DNA from: Candidatus Bathyarchaeia archaeon
GTDB taxonomy: Archaea; Thermoproteota; Bathyarchaeia; Bathyarchaeales; Bathycorpusculaceae
DNA length: 64,000 bases
NCBI GenBank assembly: GCA_038883715.1
Contig: JAVZLS010000005.1
Location: 14,652-78,651 of the forward strand
Direction of reading: 5' to 3'
The stretch's first letter is position 1. The number at the start of each line of letters is the position of its first letter. Shown here one piece after another: positions 58,685 through 64,000 of this stretch. The position numbers and the translations under genes were made by a program. Below the pieces are notes generated by a model, which searched no databases, was not told where the DNA came from, and saw nothing but the letters and a program-made list of their open reading frames with translations.

Positions 58685-59650
58685 TTATGTTGCTAGTGTT
58701 TTCGCCAGTTTCAAGAGTCTCATGTCTAGGGTTTTTTGGTTTTTGCATGTTTCTTCTAGGCTTATGTTTGTAATTAGGCCTTTCTGTAATCCGACCACAC
58801 GTTTTCCAACACCTTGCATGATTAGTTGGACTGCTTCTTCTGCGAATAGGCTTGCCAGTAGGCGGCTTCTGGCGGTTGGACTTCCGCCCCGCTGTGCATA
58901 ACCAACAATGCTTAACCGCACTTCTGCTCCTGTGTTGGCCTCAATTTCTTCGGCGATTTTGCGGGTGTCGCCGACGCCTTCAGCTGCCACAATTATGCCA
59001 GACCGTTTACCCTTGGCTGCGTTCTCCTTCACAGTTCTAAAAATTTCATCCATGTTTATTGGGACTTCTGGGACCAAAATGACTTCGGCGCCAACAGTTA
59101 AGCCTACAGTCAAAGCCAAAAATCCTCTTCGGCGTCCCATAACTTCTACGACGAAGACTCTTTCATGGGATATGGCTGTGTCCCTAATCTTGTCAATTTC
59201 AGCTACTGCCGTATTAACAGCCGTGTCAAAACCAATCGTCTCATCCGAACCATAAACATCATTATCTATGGTGGCTGGAACCCCGACAATTAAGACGTCT
59301 GTTTCACGGCTAAGTTCTAAGGCGCCCCTGAAAGAGCCATCCCCACCAATAACAACAAGCCCATCCACATTGTCGGCGGCAAGGTTTTCGGCAGCCTTTC
59401 TAATACCTTCCCGCGTTTTAAACTCTGGACAACGCGAAGTCAAAAGAATAGTTCCGCCCAACTGTATTATTCCACCAACAGAACGCGGCGTCAAAAGCCT
59501 AAAACGATTGTTGATTAAGCCTTCCCAGCCTCTTTCAAAACCCAGAACCCTAAAACCCAAGGAGCTCGCTAAACGTGTGACCGCCCTAATAGCTGCATTC
59601 ATCCCCGGAGCATCACCGCCGCTTGTAACTACGCCTATTGTTTTCGCCAT
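58685..59650 (-). CDS. pfkA: ATP-dependent 6-phosphofructokinase (PFK-A)
   Basis: TSGGDAPGMN, GGDGS, PATIDND, GFDTA, EVMGR and QRGG motifs. Confidence 0.9.
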   Translation of the reverse strand: MAKTIGVVTSGGDAPGMNAAIRAVTRLASSLGFRVLGFERGWEGLINNRFRLLTPRSVGGIIQLGGTILLTSRCPEFKTREGIRKAAENLAADNVDGLVVIGGDGSFRGALELSRETDVLIVGVPATIDNDVYGSDETIGFDTAVNTAVAEIDKIRDTAISHERVFVVEVMGRRRGFLALTVGLTVGAEVILVPEVPINMDEIFRTVKENAAKGKRSGIIVAAEGVGDTRKIAEEIEANTGAEVRLSIVGYAQRGGSPTARSRLLASLFAEEAVQLIMQGVGKRVVGLQKGLITNISLEETCKNQKTLDMRLLKLAKTLAT

Positions 59651-59707
59651 TCAACCCACCGCCAACAACTGCTAAAGCCTTAAGACAAGTTCTCCTAATC
59701 AAAATAA

Positions 59708-60067
59708 ATGACTTCCCTTCGCACAACAAGAAATGGAGGCCCAAAATTGGATAGCAACCACATAATCGTCTTAACCACGACATCAAGCAAAGAAGAAGCA
59801 GAAAAAATTGCACACGCACTATTGGCTGAAAGGCTAATTGCATGCGCCAACATAATAGGCCCAATCCACTCGCTCTTCTGGTGGCAAAACAAAATAGATA
59901 ATGCCCAAGAATACCTAATCCTCATGAAAACAAGAAAAGACCTATTTGTCAAAATCGCCGAGAAGGTGAAAGCCCTCCACAGCTACCAAGTGCCAGAAAT
60001 AATAGCATTGCCAATAGTGGAAGGCTTCAAACTATACATGGAATGGCTGAACAGCAACCTTCAATAG
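59708..60067 (+). CDS. cutA: divalent-cation tolerance protein CutA
   Basis: LIACANI, SLFWW and HSYQVPEI motifs. The true start may be TTG 59747. Confidence 0.9.
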   Translation: MTSLRTTRNGGPKLDSNHIIVLTTTSSKEEAEKIAHALLAERLIACANIIGPIHSLFWWQNKIDNAQEYLILMKTRKDLFVKIAEKVKALHSYQVPEIIALPIVEGFKLYMEWLNSNLQ

Positions 60068-60133
60068 TGTTATAAAAAGGCTTACAGCAAATAACGTTAT
60101 TACCATCTTTTAAGTTATTTTCTGTTGGTCGAG

Positions 60134-60481
60134 ATGCCTGTAAACATTGAGCATATAAAGCAGAGAATTGTTGAAATTCTTGAAACAATAAATGAATTGA
60201 AACGTTTTAACCTCAAAGCCCTATGTCGAGTTAAGCCTTAATGAAAAATATGCCATCCGCTACCATATTATAGTTCTTGCTGAAGCTTTAGGAGGTTTAT
60301 GCTTTCAAATAGCGACGGAAGACCTTAACCGCACCCCCAGCTCTTACTCGCAGTGCTTCAAAATATTAGAGGAGGAGGGCATCTGCGATTGCGCTAAAGA
60401 TTTAACGCTGTTAAGGGCGATTTCAAGTCTGTTGACAATTTTTTAAAAAGCGTGAGGGATAGGTATGCAATCAAATTATGA
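60134..60481 (+). pseudogene. HEPN (DUF86/HepT) toxin pseudogene
   Basis: Reconstructed as MPVNIEHIKQRIVEILETINELKR/LTSKPYVELSLNEKYAIRYHIIVLAEALGGLC...PSSYSQCFKILEEEG...KDLT/AVKGDFKSVDNFLKSVRDRYAIKL. One extra T in the run at 60205-60208 and an apparent deletion at about 60407. Confidence 0.72.
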
Positions 60482-60800
60482 CCAGATAAGACTTTACAAG
60501 TTTAGCCAAAAAGAAAAAGAAGAAATCATCAGAAAAATCAAAGGGTTTGTGGCACGAAATAAACGGATAAAGCTTGCAATAATTTTCGGAAGCCTAATCA
60601 CCAGGGATTATGTGAGGGACATAGACCTTTGCATAAGCTCAAACCCAAAACTAAGTTTTGAAGAACTCCTGGATTTAAATGCAAAATTGGAACTTGAACT
60701 TGGTGTGCCAGTAGACATGGTTGAACTTGAAAGCCTGCCCAAAAACCTGCAGACAAACATTTTAAAAAACGGTGTACGGGTGAAAGGTAAAGTTTTATAG
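60465..60800 (+). CDS. minimal nucleotidyltransferase (MNT) antitoxin
   Basis: IFGS...RDIDL and PVDMVEL motifs; overlaps the end of the HEPN remnant. Confidence 0.85.
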   Translation: MQSNYDQIRLYKFSQKEKEEIIRKIKGFVARNKRIKLAIIFGSLITRDYVRDIDLCISSNPKLSFEELLDLNAKLELELGVPVDMVELESLPKNLQTNILKNGVRVKGKVL

Positions 60801-60824
60801 GTTTTGTTTTGCTCATGAATGTTT

Positions 60825-61143
60825 GGCGGTGGGTCTTAGGCGGGGGGCTAGGGGTCCCCTGTACCGTAAACCCTCTATATGACGGGCCGAAAGCTGAGGC
60901 TGAGGCGCCCGTGGCCATCCGCAACCCCACTTCCGAAGCTGTGACTACCCGTCCCTTGGGGCTGGCGGTCGCTGGGCGGCTTCCGTAGGGAAGCTTGTTC
61001 CGGTGTTTGCCAGGTGAACCGGGCTAGGCCCGGGAGGGAGCAACCTAAGCCTGGACGTTCGGCGCTCAAGGGGGTGCGGGTACGAGTGTAGGGTTTGGGG
61101 GAGTGGTTGGATTCTGGGCGTCGAACCTCAGTGACCCACCGCC
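60825..61143 (+). ncRNA. ffs: archaeal signal recognition particle (7S) RNA
   Basis: GC-rich 319 nt. 5' GGCGGTGGGTC pairs with 3' GACCCACCGCC. Helix 6 GCTTCC-GTAG-GGAAGC, helix 8 TAGGCCC-GGGA-GGGAGCA, UGUA in the Alu region. TATA-like TTTTATAG upstream and a T-tract downstream. Confidence 0.93.
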
Positions 61144-61150
61144 GCTCCGA

Positions 61151-61158
61151 TTCTTTTT
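61151..61158 (+). terminator. oligo-T terminator of the SRP RNA
   Basis: TTCTTTTT a few nt after the 3' stem. Confidence 0.5.
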
Positions 61159-61191
61159 TAAACTAATTCGCGGAAATTACGATGAGCGTGA

Positions 61192-61557
61192 TTGTTGTTG
61201 TTAAGGATCGTCAATTTAAGTGAAGCTTTACAACAAGCAAAGAGGTTGGCTGAAGCAAAAATTGTGAAGGGCGAAAGTGCTGATGAGTTTGTTGAAATTG
61301 GTGAGGCAGATGGTTTCAAACTTTATGTTTTTGCTGGAAAAACTTTAGAAAGTAAAGTCCATTGCGAATTTCATGAGAACCCTCGAGATGTTTTTATGTT
61401 AATTCTTCGTGGGAAAATGGAATTAATATTTGAAAATGGTCAAAGAGAAACTGTGATAGCAGATCATTGCTTTGTTTTGCCTAAGAATGTGAAGCATGTT
61501 TGCGTTTTTAAGGAATTAACACTCGGTGTTGAAGGGGTCTATGAAAAAGGACTTTAA
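61192..61557 (+). CDS. cupin-domain protein
   Basis: EFHENPRDVF...G...FVLPKNVKH cupin motifs. Confidence 0.72.
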   Translation: MLLLRIVNLSEALQQAKRLAEAKIVKGESADEFVEIGEADGFKLYVFAGKTLESKVHCEFHENPRDVFMLILRGKMELIFENGQRETVIADHCFVLPKNVKHVCVFKELTLGVEGVYEKGL

Positions 61558-61578
61558 TACGTGCAAGTTTGGTGGTGT

Positions 61579-63099
61579 ATGATGCCTTTGGGGGTTATGG
61601 GAAAATTTTTGTGGGGTGTTTCGGAAAGCGGCTTTCAGTTTGAGATGGGCGACTCGTCTGGCAATAGTGTGGACGCCAACACTGACTGGTTTGTCTGGGT
61701 GCATGACGCTGAAAACATTAGGCTGGGCATAGTGAGCGGCGACCTGCCAGAAAATGGCATAGATTATTGGCACTTGTATGCAAGGGACCATGAAGCTGCC
61801 AGAAGGCTTGGGTTAAACGCTTACCGCATTGGCATAGAATGGAGCAGAATCTTCCCGAAAACAACGGCAACAGTCCACGTTGGAGTTGATAGAGCTTCTG
61901 ATGGCAACATATCAAAAATAGAAGTGGACGACAAAGCCATCGAAGAGCTGGAAAAACTGGCGGATAAGGAGGCTTTAAACCATTATAGGCTTATCATAGA
62001 AGATTTGAGGGCGAGGGGCTTTAAGGTTTTCGTCTGCCTAAACCATTTTACGCTTCCCTTATGGATTCACGACCCGCTGATTGTGCGGGCAACAAGGCTT
62101 AGGCGGGGACCGAAAGGCTGGCTTGAAGAGTCCACTATAGTTGAGTTTACGAAGTATGCGGCTTTCGTGGCTTGGAGTTTTGGTGACATTGTTGATAACT
62201 GGGCAACCCTAAACGAGCCGATGGCTGTTTGCGAGGCTGGCTACATGATAGCGGAGTCTGGCTTCCCGCCTGGTGTAAACAATTTTAGAGCTGCTAAAAG
62301 GGCTGCCAAAAACATGGTTTTGGCTCACGCCAGAGCCTACGAAACGATAAAAAAGTTTGACAATGTTAAGGCTGACAGCGACAGCCCAAGCCCAGCTTAT
62401 GTAGGGCTTATCCACAACGTTATTCCAGCCTATCCGCTCCATGCCGGTGAAAGGCTTGATGTTGGTGCGGCACAGTTTATGGATAATTTGCATAACCAGT
62501 TTTTCCCAAGGGCTGTTGCAGAAGGCTGGCTTGACGAGAACTTGAACGGCGTTAAAGAGAAGAATGAGGTGAAAGGTTATTTGGCTAACCATGTGGATTG
62601 GCTTGGCGTCAACTATTATACGCGTTTTGTGATTAAAGGTAAGCGAAACTTGCTGGCTAAGTTGTTCGCGGGGATTCCAGCAGTGCCAGAAATCGTGCCA
62701 AACTATGGTTTTGGATGCCAGCCTAACAGCCAATCAGCTGATGGCAAGCCAGCATCCGACATGGGGTGGGAAATCTATCCAGAAGGGTTGCTGGAAGCCT
62801 TAAAGGCTATGGCGAAGTTTGCCAAACCAATTTATGTAACGGAGAATGGGATAGCCGACTCGGAGGATAAGCTCCGACCAAAATTTCTGGAAGACCACAT
62901 CGCGATTTTGGAGAAAGCAATAAAAGAGGAGAAACTGGACGTTAGGGGCTATTTCCACTGGGCTTTGATGGACAATTATGAGTGGGCTAAAGGCTTCAAA
63001 ATGAAGTTCGGCTTATACGCTGTAGACCTCCAAACAAAAAAGCGAATTATGCGAAAAAGTGCAAAAATCTACAAACAATTAATCGGGGCAAAAGCCTAA
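61579..63099 (+). CDS. bgaS: GH1 beta-glycosidase/beta-galactosidase (archaeal BgaS/CelB type)
   Basis: SGFQFEMG, IEWSRIFP, NHFTLP, TLNEP, VTENG and DNYEWAKG motifs. Confidence 0.9.
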   Translation: MMPLGVMGKFLWGVSESGFQFEMGDSSGNSVDANTDWFVWVHDAENIRLGIVSGDLPENGIDYWHLYARDHEAARRLGLNAYRIGIEWSRIFPKTTATVHVGVDRASDGNISKIEVDDKAIEELEKLADKEALNHYRLIIEDLRARGFKVFVCLNHFTLPLWIHDPLIVRATRLRRGPKGWLEESTIVEFTKYAAFVAWSFGDIVDNWATLNEPMAVCEAGYMIAESGFPPGVNNFRAAKRAAKNMVLAHARAYETIKKFDNVKADSDSPSPAYVGLIHNVIPAYPLHAGERLDVGAAQFMDNLHNQFFPRAVAEGWLDENLNGVKEKNEVKGYLANHVDWLGVNYYTRFVIKGKRNLLAKLFAGIPAVPEIVPNYGFGCQPNSQSADGKPASDMGWEIYPEGLLEALKAMAKFAKPIYVTENGIADSEDKLRPKFLEDHIAILEKAIKEEKLDVRGYFHWALMDNYEWAKGFKMKFGLYAVDLQTKKRIMRKSAKIYKQLIGAKA

Positions 63100-63143
63100 A
63101 CAAGCCAAGAAAGGAGAGCAAAAACGCCTACCCATCTGTGAAA

Positions 63144-63199
63144 ATAGAGGGGGGCTATCAATTTTGCAGCTCGAAAGCCTAAGCAAAATTGACACTCTA
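63144..63199. repeat. intergenic palindromic element, copy 2
   Basis: ATAGAGGGGGGCTA-TCAATTTTGC-N15-GCAAAATTGA-CACTCTA: a perfect 10-bp inverted repeat plus outer TAGAG/CTCTA. Confidence 0.7.
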
Positions 63200-63263
63200 G
63201 TGTGCTATTAGCATCATGGAAAATGCTAAATTTTGGGCTGGCGATAGGCTATTGGGTTTAAAA

Positions 63264-64000
63264 TTGCCCCACAATGAGCTACGCAAAGACTACCTTCTAG
63301 ACAGATGGGTCGTAATCGCCACGGAGCGCGGACGCAGACCAACAGACTTCGCAAAAAAGGAAAGAACGCCAGCAAAAGTAGGCGTTTGCCCCTTCTGTCC
63401 GGGAAACGAGCACATGACGCCGCCAGCGGTGCTTGCCTACATAGAGTCTGAAAGGGAGATCAGAAAGGTAAAAGACGAGGATGGTTTTAGGCATAAAAAC
63501 TGGATTATCCGGTGTTTCCCAAACCTTTTCCCAGCCTTCAGCCCACCACAGGAAGCAACAAGTAGGAGGAAAATTATGAAAGGTCACGATTCGGCTTTGG
63601 TTGATGCTGTTGGGCATCACGAGGTTTTGGTGGAATCGCCAAACCATGATGAGCACCCATCCGACGCGCGGCTACCCCAACTAGTCCACGTAATAAACGC
63701 TTACCTGGATAGGCTCAGCGAGCTTTCCACAAAACCGTATGTGCGTTATGTCTCCATATTTCGAAACCATGGCTTAGAAGCTGGGGCTTCGCTTTCTCAC
63801 GCCCACAGCCAAATAATAGCAACACCCTTCACACCAAAAATTGTCAGAGAGGAATTGGCTGCCAGCCGCCGTCACTGGCGTAGAAACAACAGTTGCATCT
63901 TCTGCGAAATCATGGAAAAAGAGCGGAACAGTCCCCGCTTCATAATGGAAAACCAAGACTTCCTAGCATTCGCGCCATATGCAAGTGTCAACCCGCTTGA
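63264..64000 (+). CDS. galT: galactose-1-phosphate uridylyltransferase (partial, runs off the window end; not in the ORF track)
   Basis: Translated by hand from TTG 63264: MPHNELRKDYLLDRWVVIATERGRRP...CPFCPGNE...FPNLFPAF...GHHEVLVESPNH...FRNHGLEAGASLSHAHSQ...CIFC. Confidence 0.88.
   Translation, partial: MPHNELRKDYLLDRWVVIATERGRRPTDFAKKERTPAKVGVCPFCPGNEHMTPPAVLAYIESEREIRKVKDEDGFRHKNWIIRCFPNLFPAFSPPQEATSRRKIMKGHDSALVDAVGHHEVLVESPNHDEHPSDARLPQLVHVINAYLDRLSELSTKPYVRYVSIFRNHGLEAGASLSHAHSQIIATPFTPKIVREELAASRRHWRRNNSCIFCEIMEKERNSPRFIMENQDFLAFAPYASVNPL

Noticed and set aside
60598-61069. ORF-track ORFs 60598-60930 and 60875-61069 on the minus strand
   Set aside because: They are antisense to the MNT gene and the GC-rich SRP RNA and have no protein features.
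60825-61143. RNase P RNA, an rRNA fragment, or an extra helix between SRP helices 6 and 8
   Set aside because: Helix 6/8 motifs and terminal pairing identify SRP RNA. CCAGGT pairs with GCCTGG as the normal base of helix 8.
1-64000. CRISPR array, tRNA, rRNA, integrase or transposase genes
   Set aside because: No regularly spaced repeats, T-loop/cloverleaf motifs or recombinase ORFs were seen by eye. A tRNAscan-SE/Infernal run would be needed to exclude small or intron-containing RNAs.

Overview
Gene-dense archaeal chromosomal segment, most likely Bathyarchaeia (TACK). This assignment is inferred from gene content: archaeal ACDS operon, eL38, presenilin, F420 genes, archaeal SRP RNA. From left to right it holds: a surface-glycosylation cluster (GT2, two GT-C, GT4) beside a candidate S-layer gene; cofE; a large Ig/PKD/beta-helix surface protein followed by a complete non-archaellar type IV pilus locus; rpl38e; a HEPN-MNT fusion; an F420/pterin cluster (cofD, FbiE-like nitroreductase, divergent MetF-like protein, second cofE, MJ0301-like MBL hydrolase); two tandem deoxyhypusine synthase paralogs; cooC-cooC-cdhABCDE; an accessory stretch with a methyltransferase pseudogene; an uncalled cooT; a eukaryote-like presenilin; bacterial-type glycolysis genes (fba, PPi-type and ATP-type PFK) around mgtA; a decayed HEPN/MNT pair; SRP RNA; a GH1 glycosidase; and a partial galT. 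The most notable items are the FbiE-like reductase next to cofD, the pilus locus with leaderless pilin-like subunits and a discoidin-bearing minor pilin, a twice-repeated intergenic 33-bp palindrome, and the tandem DHS pair. No rRNA, tRNA, CRISPR array or intact transposase was seen. All family assignments are by motif recognition, not database search.
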